Virus record (IMG/VR): IMGVR_UViG_3300020152_000021
Coordinates: 1 to 64,000 of that record
From: a virus
Direction: 5' to 3' (one strand)
Length of the DNA: 64,000 bases
In this document: positions 47,479 to 57,111 of the stretch, piece by piece
Layout: every line of letters starts with the position of its first letter
How positions within the stretch are numbered: the first letter of the stretch is position 1
Program-made: the position numbers and the translations under genes
The notes under the pieces: generated by a model
What the model saw: only the letters and a program-made list of their open reading frames with translations
Database searches by the model: none
What the model was told of the DNA's origin: nothing

Positions 47479-48981
47479 ATGCTGCAATATAAAATCGGGT
47501 TAAGTGAATACGGATTAAATGTCCTGCAGGTTATGTTTACTGGTCAGGAGACTATCGAACTCGATTTGACTGATTTCTACAAAGATCAGAACAAAGATCC
47601 GTCACTTCTTCATAACCTGTATGTCCAAATTAACGATTATGTTGCGACGTTACCGCAGCATACGCAACGGGATATTTACGATGTCTTCTATAAAGTCTAT
47701 AACAACGACTATAAGCAAAACTATAGCGACATCAATTATGTCATTAAGTTGGAAAACAACATTGCGAAAGTCTCAGAGCTGTTGAATTACAATAACTTCA
47801 AACTTTGGTTTTCTCGCATTAGTCATGGTATACCGATCCCGGACACGGTCTTTGATTCGTATATCTATGATCCGGACATGAACACCACAGAAGAGAAAAC
47901 TTACATCACAAGTGAGTATCTGGATTTAGCGGGTTTGATTATCTTCATGCGCGCGATCTCTCCGTTGTATATTGATTACTACAATTACATCAAGCAGATC
48001 ACCACGCATTATTACTACAAGATCTTTATGCTGTTCATTCGTTCTGACATTTACAACTGTCAGGAAATTGAAAAGCTAAAGCGCTATATTGAAGTCAATC
48101 AGCAAACGTTGATTGGTAACACTAAAAATGAACATCTTATTATCACTGCAGGTTTGAGTGACGACGATATTCTCGATAGCTTGGTGAGTGAAATCATTTT
48201 CAACAAACTGTTGGTAATCGATTTCTTTAACAAGAAGTGTAACATCATCTCTTTCATCTTTCAGACGATCAAATACAAAGGCAACTTTGTGACGTCGGAC
48301 AGCGTAGTCATTCGTGGTAAAACTACTGTCAATGATCCTAATAAGGACGACATTAGCTACTTCGAAGATTATCGAAAGACTTCGAATATTCCTATCGGTA
48401 CCGTCGTCGAAATTCAACACGCGTTGAGTAACATTCAATCGCTTGTACATACGCTTGGTTATACAGACTTTAATTATGCGCTGTATGAACAAGAACTGAA
48501 CAATGTCAAGTTCATCATGGACAAGGGTGTTGATAAGATTCAAGTGTATCTACTCGGTTGGTTCCTAAATAAGATTATCAATCCGAGATCGCTGCACTAT
48601 ATCGAATATCGTAAGCTTGTCGAACTGTTGTTGTTTGCGAAGGTAGTATTGCTGCAACGCGATCAAAAGTTCATCGCTATGCTGCTTAGCTCCTATAAAA
48701 CAACGGAAGGCAACTACGTTAACATCATTATCCGTAATACTCTTAATAAGAACATCATTAAGAAGCTGAACGATCATTACGGTTTCATCATGGAGGAAGA
48801 TAAACAGTCCGTGATCGAAAAAACGATTATGGAAATTAGTCGTGAAATCGTCAATAGCTTGTGGGTGCCTGTCGGTACTCCGGAACAATTGGACGGTATA
48901 ATCAATAGCGAAAATTATCTTGATATTCCGAACAACATTAATGATATTATCTGTTCTTTTGTGGAGTTTGTTAATTCCTAA
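47479..48981 (+). CDS. nvRNAP promoter-specificity (sigma-like) subunit (phiKZ gp68-like)
   Basis: 500 aa helical protein, EKTY..SEYLDL motif, position in the conserved gp65-gp75 block. Confidence 0.7.
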   Translation: MLQYKIGLSEYGLNVLQVMFTGQETIELDLTDFYKDQNKDPSLLHNLYVQINDYVATLPQHTQRDIYDVFYKVYNNDYKQNYSDINYVIKLENNIAKVSELLNYNNFKLWFSRISHGIPIPDTVFDSYIYDPDMNTTEEKTYITSEYLDLAGLIIFMRAISPLYIDYYNYIKQITTHYYYKIFMLFIRSDIYNCQEIEKLKRYIEVNQQTLIGNTKNEHLIITAGLSDDDILDSLVSEIIFNKLLVIDFFNKKCNIISFIFQTIKYKGNFVTSDSVVIRGKTTVNDPNKDDISYFEDYRKTSNIPIGTVVEIQHALSNIQSLVHTLGYTDFNYALYEQELNNVKFIMDKGVDKIQVYLLGWFLNKIINPRSLHYIEYRKLVELLLFAKVVLLQRDQKFIAMLLSSYKTTEGNYVNIIIRNTLNKNIIKKLNDHYGFIMEEDKQSVIEKTIMEISREIVNSLWVPVGTPEQLDGIINSENYLDIPNNINDIICSFVEFVNS

Positions 48982-49030
48982 CTGTTTTTAATAATTAAAC
49001 AAATTTAATACCTCGATTTGATATAGAGGA

Positions 49031-49129
49031 CGGCCAGCAATATAAATTAGCAGCAAACCCGGTAGCAAGAAAAACGTTAAACAACTCTATTTCACAGATA
49101 CGTTTAAAAGTTCCTTGCTACGCTGGCCG
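49031..49129 (+). ncRNA. Candidate structured RNA element in the leader of the PicA-like gene
   Basis: Nested stems CGGCCAGC/GCTGGCCG, GTAGCAAG/CTTGCTAC, AAACGT/ACGTTT in a 187-nt intergenic gap. Confidence 0.55.
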
Positions 49130-49168
49130 GAATAAATACTTTTGTAACTCCTAATTTTGGAGATTTCC

Positions 49169-50629
49169 ATGAACATGATTGTAACTGAAAACTTTCTTCT
49201 CGAAGACTTAACATATATTCCGGTAGGTAATTACAATCCGGTTTTGAATCGTCCTTATGTCGTTAATGCTAAAGACAATGCTATTCAGACGATCGCCGAG
49301 CGTATGTATGATACGAAATCGGGTAAGATTACTCCGAATATTATTAACGGTGTCGCAGGCGATATCATTCAACCTAGCTCTGTAGGTTATGCGACTGGCA
49401 TTAATAGTGACTGGATCAGTACGCGTCGTTTCGTCTTCATTTTGAAAGTGAAGTCATTTGATCACACTGGTATTGAAATCAATTCGTATATCACCGGTTA
49501 TACTGATTACGATGGGATTAGTGCCAGCGGTCATCCTGACGGCAATCTAAACCATTTTATCAACAACGTAATCGAAACAACCAGTATGGCAATTCAAACG
49601 CCGCTGGGAGTTATTCGTAAAGAAAAGCTATATCGTATCTATAATGTGTTCGCAGCGCAAGGTCAACAAGAGCTTTATGCGCAACGTCCTGCTGACGTGT
49701 TGGAAAATATCAACATGCTTAACATGGCAAACGTCATGGCAGACGGGCAGCAAATGAACATGTTTAATACGCAAAACTTTATTAACGCTTTCAACCAAAA
49801 TACGGTTGCCAGTACAATCGATAACAACATCACGACCGAGTATCTGAGTAAGATTTTAACGACGGGCGTGTTGGTGAATAAGAGTAAAGACATTCATATT
49901 GACTCGTATAGTATCTCGGAGCAAAACTCCGTTGATTCTAAAGTACCTGAACCCAGTGTCGCTGATAATCGATTCATTAAGTATCTGAGTCGTTTAGCTG
50001 GTTTCAAAACTACACGAGAAGTATTTAACTTTAACCAGTTGATGTCGATTGATAACACGATCTACACGCGTTTCAAGCTTATCAATCTGAACAAAGATTA
50101 TGTCAACCCTGTGATGGCTTCGACGCCGGAAGTTGGGGACTACTGGCATGGTCAAGATCCGGTTACGGTTAAAGCGTATAGCCTGATTGAAAACGCTGTG
50201 TCATTGGCTGTGAAGTATGGGTTTAACGTACTGTATTTTACGGCTTCTAACATGTCGAACCCAACAGGACTAGCGGAAGTCTTTATTACTAACTTTAATA
50301 GCTTTATTAATCTGGAAGAGCATGATTTCAATTACCTTCTAGAAATATTCAAAGAGAAATTTATCACTGAAGTGTTTCTTAACGAGACTAATGCAGGGAG
50401 AATTCCTATGCATATGGAAGGTTATATCGATCTTATTGGTACCAGTAAGATCAATCTTTCGTATGCGGGATTCCCTTCTAATTGGTACACGATTCCGACT
50501 TTTGCAAATAGTCTCTTCTCGCCTGTTGTGACGATCGATAAGAACGCATTTGATTATACGAGCTTCCAGCTCAATCAAGTTATCGATACGTTAGCTAACG
50601 AACATAATGTCAACAGGTCTTTTTTCTAA
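49169..50629 (+). CDS. picA: PicA/Imp1-like phage nuclear import factor (phiKZ gp69 position)
   Basis: About 486 aa; RPY, W...RF.F.L, GYTDY, QRPADV, P.F.NSLFSPV pattern; directly follows the gp68-like gene; GGAG SD before ATG 49169. Confidence 0.7.
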   Translation: MNMIVTENFLLEDLTYIPVGNYNPVLNRPYVVNAKDNAIQTIAERMYDTKSGKITPNIINGVAGDIIQPSSVGYATGINSDWISTRRFVFILKVKSFDHTGIEINSYITGYTDYDGISASGHPDGNLNHFINNVIETTSMAIQTPLGVIRKEKLYRIYNVFAAQGQQELYAQRPADVLENINMLNMANVMADGQQMNMFNTQNFINAFNQNTVASTIDNNITTEYLSKILTTGVLVNKSKDIHIDSYSISEQNSVDSKVPEPSVADNRFIKYLSRLAGFKTTREVFNFNQLMSIDNTIYTRFKLINLNKDYVNPVMASTPEVGDYWHGQDPVTVKAYSLIENAVSLAVKYGFNVLYFTASNMSNPTGLAEVFITNFNSFINLEEHDFNYLLEIFKEKFITEVFLNETNAGRIPMHMEGYIDLIGTSKINLSYAGFPSNWYTIPTFANSLFSPVVTIDKNAFDYTSFQLNQVIDTLANEHNVNRSFF

Positions 50630-50641
50630 AGGAGTTTAGTA

Positions 50642-52129
50642 ATGCAACTTAACCCAACGATGGAGAAGTTCTATCTCTCTATTCTTGACTACGCTGGTAT
50701 GAAGCTGGAAAACAATGCGTTCGAGAATAAGAGTGAGAAGCTGGGTCCTATCACTATTGATGACCGTAAACTGACACTACCTTATTTTGATAATCTGAAG
50801 AATCCGGAAAACAAGATTATCTTCCATCCGTTAAACGAGAATTACACGAGTCCTGAGACAACTGTTTTCAACTTGTTCAAACGGCGTCTGGTATTAGAAC
50901 TCAATCTGCGACTCAGTTCGCTTATTGTAAGCTTGATTAGTGTTGCTAGTGATGTTCAACTGCAACAGAAGATCAAGTCTAGCAAACTGATCGAACTGGT
51001 CAGTGGTATTGGTGAAGTCGATCTGGGTCTCATTGATACGTTCCTGGATGCATCGAAAGCCAGTCGGAAGGTAAATGATGAGGGTTTCCTTCTCGATGTG
51101 TTCTTGAAAAAGAACGGTGAAATCAATGACACTCCTTACGCTGCAATTGGTAAGGTCAATTTCGTCTTCTTTAACGAGATTACCAGAGCGTTGTCGGAGA
51201 AAGGTGATTATCGCATATTCGGATATAAAGCTACTAAGAAGGCATTGTTGGCTTTTGACAATATCTTCCGTACTATCTTCCCGAGTATTGATTCTCCTGA
51301 AACCTTCATGGAGGGTACAGATAACAAGGTGTTCCGTTATCTGAACATTCTGTTGAGGACTTCGTATCAGATTTCACATCGTATTAATGAAGTAGTTGGT
51401 TTGCTACAAGAGTTGAATGAACCGACGCTGAATCTAGATGAGATCAAATCGAATCTGGAATGGGTGGAATGCTTGGAAGATCTTTACAGCATGTCAAGTG
51501 AAATTAGGTTGATCCCTAATCAACTTGATCTGTCTGTGGAATCGAATAAGCTCAAACTGGATGAGTCCAAAGCAAGTGCTGCTGCGCCTGCAACTGCACA
51601 AACTCAAGCTCCTCAGTTTGATCCATCTCGTGCTCAAGCAGCGTCTCAGCCACAAGCTCAACCTGCTTATCCTCAGGCTGCTCAAGCGCCTCGTCAATTG
51701 ACACCTGAAGAAATCATTCGTGGAAGTATCGGACCTGTTGTAGCACAACCTATGATGCAACCAGGTATGATGCAACCCGGCATGATGATGGCAGGACAAC
51801 CGATGCAGCAGACCTCCTTTACTCCTTCATGGGTATTGCAAGAGCAAATGAGGACGGGTCAAGTTCCACAGCAGCAAATGCAGCCGGTAATGCAGCCGAT
51901 GCAACCCATGCAGCCAATGATGCAAACCGTAATGACTCCTCAGGGTGTAATGATGGTACCGCAGCAGCAAATGCAACCTGTGATGCAATCAATGGGACAA
52001 CCAATGATGCAGCAGGTAATGACGCCGCAAGGTCCGATGTTGGTGCCGGTTCAACAACAACCTCAAGAGACTTCGTTGCAGATCAATCCGCACTTTATTC
52101 AGCAACGAAGCGCTGCTCCCTGGGGTTAA
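50642..52129 (+). CDS. Core protein with Q/M/P-rich low-complexity tail (phiKZ gp70 position)
   Basis: FY.SIL, FHPLNEN motif; C-terminal ~180 aa low complexity; AAGGAG SD. Confidence 0.7.
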   Translation: MQLNPTMEKFYLSILDYAGMKLENNAFENKSEKLGPITIDDRKLTLPYFDNLKNPENKIIFHPLNENYTSPETTVFNLFKRRLVLELNLRLSSLIVSLISVASDVQLQQKIKSSKLIELVSGIGEVDLGLIDTFLDASKASRKVNDEGFLLDVFLKKNGEINDTPYAAIGKVNFVFFNEITRALSEKGDYRIFGYKATKKALLAFDNIFRTIFPSIDSPETFMEGTDNKVFRYLNILLRTSYQISHRINEVVGLLQELNEPTLNLDEIKSNLEWVECLEDLYSMSSEIRLIPNQLDLSVESNKLKLDESKASAAAPATAQTQAPQFDPSRAQAASQPQAQPAYPQAAQAPRQLTPEEIIRGSIGPVVAQPMMQPGMMQPGMMMAGQPMQQTSFTPSWVLQEQMRTGQVPQQQMQPVMQPMQPMQPMMQTVMTPQGVMMVPQQQMQPVMQSMGQPMMQQVMTPQGPMLVPVQQQPQETSLQINPHFIQQRSAAPWG

Positions 52130-52170
52130 TAAAAAACAAATAGATTGGTTTAACTACGTTAATAACTAAA

Positions 52171-52377
52171 ATGGATATTGTAGACCGATCTGATATTGAA
52201 ATTGACAACTATATCAAAGGCACTATTAGGAATAACCTTTCCAAAGGTCCTCGCAATGGTGGCTTAACTCCACAAGGGTTTTGCTACAATTGCGAAAAAG
52301 ATATTCCTAAGCCGAAACTATTCTGTAACGGTGACTGTGCTAAGCAACATGATATAGCTAATAGAAGAGGAAGATAA
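52171..52377 (+). CDS. TraR/DksA-like C4 zinc-finger protein
   Basis: N-terminal DIVDRS (DxxDxA-like), CYNC...FCNGDC; 68 aa. Confidence 0.6.
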   Translation: MDIVDRSDIEIDNYIKGTIRNNLSKGPRNGGLTPQGFCYNCEKDIPKPKLFCNGDCAKQHDIANRRGR

Positions 52378-52380
52378 TAG

Positions 52381-52411
52381 AAGCTATCCGAGGGTACACC
52401 TCGGATAGCTT
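52381..52411. terminator. Bidirectional terminator
   Basis: AAGCTATCCGAGG-gtaca-CCTCGGATAGCTT. Confidence 0.85.
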
Positions 52412-52421
52412 TTTCTTTTGT

Positions 52422-52718
52422 TTAGGAAGAAGGGATAGGTGGTTTAATTGCTAGTTGAAATGTATACTTATCACCCATAAAGTCTACTGGGTTATGATAA
52501 CCATTAATATACATCGTATATAAAAACAGATTCGGAGAAATGTTCAATTGCCTAAATAAGCCAAACAAGTTTCCTTGATATTTATAAGCTACACTGGGAT
52601 CAATATTTATTTCTTTAAACTCATAGTTGGCTTTGATATAATCGAGATATTGTAAGTTATCGTTCAATTGAATTACATTATCAAACGAATAGTCATTTAC
52701 TTGAAATGATTCTAACAT
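52422..52718 (-). CDS. Small jumbo-phage protein (probably late)
   Basis: AAGGA SD; class-2 motif ATCCTGTGA at 52746-52754. Confidence 0.7.
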   Translation of the reverse strand: MLESFQVNDYSFDNVIQLNDNLQYLDYIKANYEFKEINIDPSVAYKYQGNLFGLFRQLNISPNLFLYTMYINGYHNPVDFMGDKYTFQLAIKPPIPSS

Positions 52719-52918
52719 TTTACATTCCTTTGTATCAATCTTTAGTCACAGGATCTTCTCTAGGAGATTAAAAAAGTACTAAAAACGGAATCCTTCGAAC
52801 AACAGAGAAAACAACAACCATGCCGACAAACGCTCATCATAAATATTTCCATAAAGAAACATCAGTGGTAGATAGCTGTTTCTTATTAGTAGCAAAGTAA
52901 GTAATTAAAAAGAACTAT

Positions 52919-52948
52919 GAAGAAGACTCTCCATAAAGAGTCTTCTTC
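52919..52948. terminator. Terminator-like hairpin
   Basis: GAAGAAGACTCT-ccataa-AGAGTCTTCTTC. Confidence 0.6.
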
Positions 52949-52981
52949 TAAGAGTTATTGTTTCGGAAGCATCTATAGTTG

Positions 52982-52992
52982 CATATATATAA
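52982..52992 (+). promoter_or_regulatory. Class-1 promoter-like motif CATATATATAA
   Basis: Intergenic copy upstream of nvRNAP beta. Confidence 0.6.
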
Positions 52993-53032
52993 TATGTAGG
53001 TGTTAACGAATACTTCAAAAGGAGAACAAACC

Positions 53033-55123
53033 GTGGGAAGAACTGAATTGAAAATGGAGTTTCTTGGAAGCTCCGCTCTTAATAGTTTCATTCTAAACAC
53101 TAGCTCACCCCGAGCGGTAATGGATTTTAATCACGTCAGCCAACATTTACCTCTGCTGACTCCCGACGAATGTGTATTGAAAACTGGTATTGAATACGAG
53201 TTTGGAAAATATATTAACGACGTTCGTGTTGACCACGAATGTGTAGTGAAAGCAGTAATTCCGAAGTATAAAGAATACGGCGTAACAGAACCTCCGGTCT
53301 ATACTCTGTTGGTCGAATATGAAGAAGACGGTCATATCGTGATTGATTTTATCGATGTCGATACATATCGTTCTTCTCATACGTTCTTCGGTTATAAACT
53401 GAAACCCACTGCTGACTTCTTAAACATTGGTTATAACACACCGCTTCCGAAAGATACCATTTTAGCTACTACCGATAGCTTGGGTGACGAAGGGGATTAT
53501 CGATATGGCTTGAATGCGAACGTGGCATTTATGTCTCATCCTTCGGTCTCTGAAGACGGATTTGTTGTCTCGGAGAGTTTCTTAAAACGAGCGCAATCTC
53601 ATTCTATTGTTAAACGTGTCATCAACATTACCAAAGATACGATTCCGATCAATCTCTACGGTGATAAAGACATCTTCAAGTTCCTTCCTAACATCGGGGA
53701 AGCAGTAAGACCTGATGGATTGCTGTGCGCCTTGCGTACACGGAATGACTGGTTTAGTGTGTCGGACATGAATACTAATAACATCTCTGAACCGGATGTT
53801 ACTTTCGATAACTTAGTGTATGTGAATCCAAACTCTACGGTTATCGATATTAATATCATTCGTGGTAATTATAATAAGCCTGAGTTTAGCGGTAAGATGA
53901 CGCAACAGCTCGATCAGTATGCAGAAATGCTTATTAACTATTACCGCAATGTGGTTAACAAGTATGAACAAATCATGCAAGAGAAGAAGGCCATGTACGG
54001 CAATAACGTCGAAAACGTTGTGAAGCTGTCGCCTAAACTCAATCGCTTCATTGCTGATAGCATGATCAAGATCAATATGGCAACCTATGGTAAGAACAAG
54101 CTGTCGCATCGTAAGTTACCGATTGATCAATACCGTATTGAAATTACCACTATCTCTACCATCAAACCGAATCATGGACACAAGATGACAGACATTCACG
54201 CAGCCAAAGGCGTGATTTGTCGTGTGTTACCAGATGAAATGATGCCTGTGGATGAACTTGGCAATCGCGTTGATGTGATTACTGATAGTATGTCAACTAT
54301 TTCTCGTATGAATCTGGGACGAGCGTATCAAGCTTATCTCGGCGCGGTATCGAGAGATGAACGACAAAGGTTTATCAATCATTTCGTTGCGAAGTATGGT
54401 ACTGATTTCTTATCTAAAGTAACTCAGGACGATTTGGCATTCGTGCGTGATCATCTGCATAGCTTGTATTCGATGATCAATCCGGATATGCAAGAGTTTA
54501 TTACTTCTCTTAACCAAGAAGAACTCTATGCGCATTTTAAACGGATCGTGGAACACAATCTGACGATCTACTATCCGCCGGATAATGATTACAATATCAC
54601 TGATGTTATTTACAATATTGACACAAGTAAACATAAACCCCATATTGGCAAGCTAACTTATATCGATGAACTTGGAAACAAAGTAACGACCAACGAAGAT
54701 ATTCGTGTCGGACAGTTGTATTTCATGTTCCTTGAAAAGATTGCTAACAATTATTCTGGTGTGAGTTCGAGTAAGGTCAACAACTTTGGCTTCCCGGTCA
54801 AAGGTACTAACTTGGATAAGTTTAAGTATCCGCACTCGTTAACGCCGACTAAGACACTCGGTGAGACAGAAATGCGTATTCTGGAAAGCTTTGCTCCTCC
54901 GGAAATGATTGCTGATCTGATCGATATTACTCTCAATCCTATTTCTCATAAGCTTCTTATTAAGAGTATTCTAGAAGGTAACACTGGCTTTGATCCCAAC
55001 TTTAACATTGATAGACAAAAAGTGGAATACGGTCAGACCAAATCACTCATGATTCTCAAGCATATTTTCAATGCTTGTGGCTTTGATATCACCTATGAGG
55101 GAACTACCAATGTTGAAGGTTAA
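53033..55123 (+). CDS. Non-virion RNAP beta subunit, C-terminal part (phiKZ gp71-73-like), uninterrupted
   Basis: SSPR..M, SEDGFVVSES, GHKMTDIHAAKGV, SRMNLGR, LGETEMR; AAGGAG SD before GTG 53033. Confidence 0.9.
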   Translation: MGRTELKMEFLGSSALNSFILNTSSPRAVMDFNHVSQHLPLLTPDECVLKTGIEYEFGKYINDVRVDHECVVKAVIPKYKEYGVTEPPVYTLLVEYEEDGHIVIDFIDVDTYRSSHTFFGYKLKPTADFLNIGYNTPLPKDTILATTDSLGDEGDYRYGLNANVAFMSHPSVSEDGFVVSESFLKRAQSHSIVKRVINITKDTIPINLYGDKDIFKFLPNIGEAVRPDGLLCALRTRNDWFSVSDMNTNNISEPDVTFDNLVYVNPNSTVIDINIIRGNYNKPEFSGKMTQQLDQYAEMLINYYRNVVNKYEQIMQEKKAMYGNNVENVVKLSPKLNRFIADSMIKINMATYGKNKLSHRKLPIDQYRIEITTISTIKPNHGHKMTDIHAAKGVICRVLPDEMMPVDELGNRVDVITDSMSTISRMNLGRAYQAYLGAVSRDERQRFINHFVAKYGTDFLSKVTQDDLAFVRDHLHSLYSMINPDMQEFITSLNQEELYAHFKRIVEHNLTIYYPPDNDYNITDVIYNIDTSKHKPHIGKLTYIDELGNKVTTNEDIRVGQLYFMFLEKIANNYSGVSSSKVNNFGFPVKGTNLDKFKYPHSLTPTKTLGETEMRILESFAPPEMIADLIDITLNPISHKLLIKSILEGNTGFDPNFNIDRQKVEYGQTKSLMILKHIFNACGFDITYEGTTNVEG

Positions 55124-57035
55124 TGCGAGAGACATATTTAATATTCCAAGACAAGATGTATGGAATATTCAACAGGGTGATTATGAAGTGTTATATGAAG
55201 ATGGCAAAGTTGTCATCAATCGACATAAAGAATTAATCTTTAATCGTTATGCGTGGGAACTGATTACTATGTTTCCCAATACGCCTATTACTTCGAGTTG
55301 CGATATTAAATCCATCATTGGTGATGGGTACTATAACGCTGATACTCATATTAAGCTTCTGGAATGCATCTTCAAGCATATCTGTGAAGTCAATAATCTT
55401 AACTTTTATCATCAAAAAGATCCTTTACTCAAGCTTACTTATAGAGTCTTTAATCTGATTTTCAATGATATCGTGCAACGAGTGTCGGCTGATGTATCGA
55501 CTATCGACGCGATGGACTTTATTAACTTGGTAAGAGACGAAGAGATCGTTAAGATTCATAGCAATTTGAAGCCTGTTCCTGAATCGATCGATAAGGCTTA
55601 TAAAGAAATTAAACAGTATGTGAACAAAGGCACAAACAATAATCGCTTCGCGCGTGCCTATCGTTCTAAAGCGATTAACGAAAATCAAGCGAATCAGTGT
55701 ATCGGTCCTCGTGGCGTGGTCACTGATCTTGATCGTTCTGTATTTACCCAACCCATCATGAATGGGTTTATTAAAGGCATGGGAAACTTGTTCGAGATGA
55801 TTACCGAATCACGAACAGCAGCTAAGTCTCTCAATGCTAACGATACACATATTAAAATGTCGGAGTATGCATCGCGTCGTATCCAGCTTCTCACGATGTC
55901 TGTGACAGGCGTCGATACCTGCGATTGCTGTAGTACCGAGTACATGGATATTCTCGTTACTAAAGACGTTTTAGATAATATCAAGGGTAAGTATTACGTC
56001 ACTGCTAATGGTAGTTTGGATTATATTCGTGGAAACGAACATCATCTTCTTAACACTATCATTAAGATTCGTACTGCTTTTGGATGTAAAGCTCCTGACC
56101 CTACTAAAATCTGTACAACGTGTTTGGGTAAGATCTCTGAAAACTTCAAAGAGAATAGCAATCTTGGGTATACCATGACTGCGTTCTTGATGGAGAAAAT
56201 GACACAGACGATTCTCTCTACTAAGCACTTAACCCACAGCGTAAGAAAATCTCTTATCAAGTTACAAGGTGCTGCAAACAAGTACTTTTATACGGATGAC
56301 GAGAATAACATATATTTTAATAAAGATCTTAATCTAAAAGGGTTCTATCTTATTCTACCCAATAGCAAGTTGAATAAACTCGTTGACGTGTTGAATTTGC
56401 AACATACCAACATTGCGTTGAATAAGATTGGTGAACTGGAAACTATTATTATTCGGGATACGAACCATAAGAATCCTATCCAGGAAACAGTGGATATTTC
56501 GTATAAAGATCGGATGTCGATTATCACTAAACCGTTGTTGGAATATATTAAGTCCATCACGTTAGAAAGTGATTCTAGAGGTAACTTTGTGATTCCTTTA
56601 GATACGTTTAATAAAGAAAATCCCGTCTTTAATAACCCGCTTAAAGAAGATAATATTATTTCGTTTGTGAATAAGATCGCCAGCATGATTGAAGCGAATA
56701 AGGATAAAATCACTGATCCTTATGAGAAATTGATCACGATCTTTAACACCGTTATTGATAAATTCAAATGTAATATTTCAGTTATTGAGGTCATTGTATA
56801 CGCAACAACTACCTACAATGCGTTCAATAATAATTATAGGCTAGGAAGAAATAGCGTGCATCCAAGATGTGAAAATAAGACTCTGTTGTTTAGGCATCGT
56901 AGTCTGTCTCAGCTTTTGGTGTACGAAGAGCAAAGTAAAGAAATCATTTCCAATGCTCCTATTATCTTCAGTAATGTAAACCGAATGGATCATCCATGTG
57001 ATGTGTTGTTCCGTCCGCAAGATATTGTAAAGTAA
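55110..57035 (+). CDS. Non-virion RNAP beta' subunit, C-terminal part (phiKZ gp74-like)
   Basis: QCIGPRG, ESRTAAK bridge helix, SEYASRRIQL, DC, C....ICTTC Zn site, TQTILSTKH trigger loop; GAGGG SD before ATG 55110. Confidence 0.9.
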   Translation: MLKVNARDIFNIPRQDVWNIQQGDYEVLYEDGKVVINRHKELIFNRYAWELITMFPNTPITSSCDIKSIIGDGYYNADTHIKLLECIFKHICEVNNLNFYHQKDPLLKLTYRVFNLIFNDIVQRVSADVSTIDAMDFINLVRDEEIVKIHSNLKPVPESIDKAYKEIKQYVNKGTNNNRFARAYRSKAINENQANQCIGPRGVVTDLDRSVFTQPIMNGFIKGMGNLFEMITESRTAAKSLNANDTHIKMSEYASRRIQLLTMSVTGVDTCDCCSTEYMDILVTKDVLDNIKGKYYVTANGSLDYIRGNEHHLLNTIIKIRTAFGCKAPDPTKICTTCLGKISENFKENSNLGYTMTAFLMEKMTQTILSTKHLTHSVRKSLIKLQGAANKYFYTDDENNIYFNKDLNLKGFYLILPNSKLNKLVDVLNLQHTNIALNKIGELETIIIRDTNHKNPIQETVDISYKDRMSIITKPLLEYIKSITLESDSRGNFVIPLDTFNKENPVFNNPLKEDNIISFVNKIASMIEANKDKITDPYEKLITIFNTVIDKFKCNISVIEVIVYATTTYNAFNNNYRLGRNSVHPRCENKTLLFRHRSLSQLLVYEEQSKEIISNAPIIFSNVNRMDHPCDVLFRPQDIVK

Positions 57036-57041
57036 AGTACG

Positions 57042-57080
57042 AAGAACACCCTTATACGTAAGGGTGTTCTTTTTTATTTT
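57042..57080 (+). terminator. Intrinsic terminator
   Basis: AAGAACACCCTTA-tacg-TAAGGGTGTTCTT plus T tract. Confidence 0.88.
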
Positions 57081-57111
57081 AGTTGGTAGATGAGAACACA
57101 AGGGACTAATA

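Noticed and set aside
49050-49070. c-di-GMP-I riboswitch (GCAAACC word)
   Set aside because: The GNRA stem and downstream GCAAAG/receptor elements are missing; kept only as an unclassified structured RNA.
51829-52143. Alternate-frame A/N/D-rich ORF
   Set aside because: Frame-shifted reading of the CAG/ATG-rich low-complexity tail.
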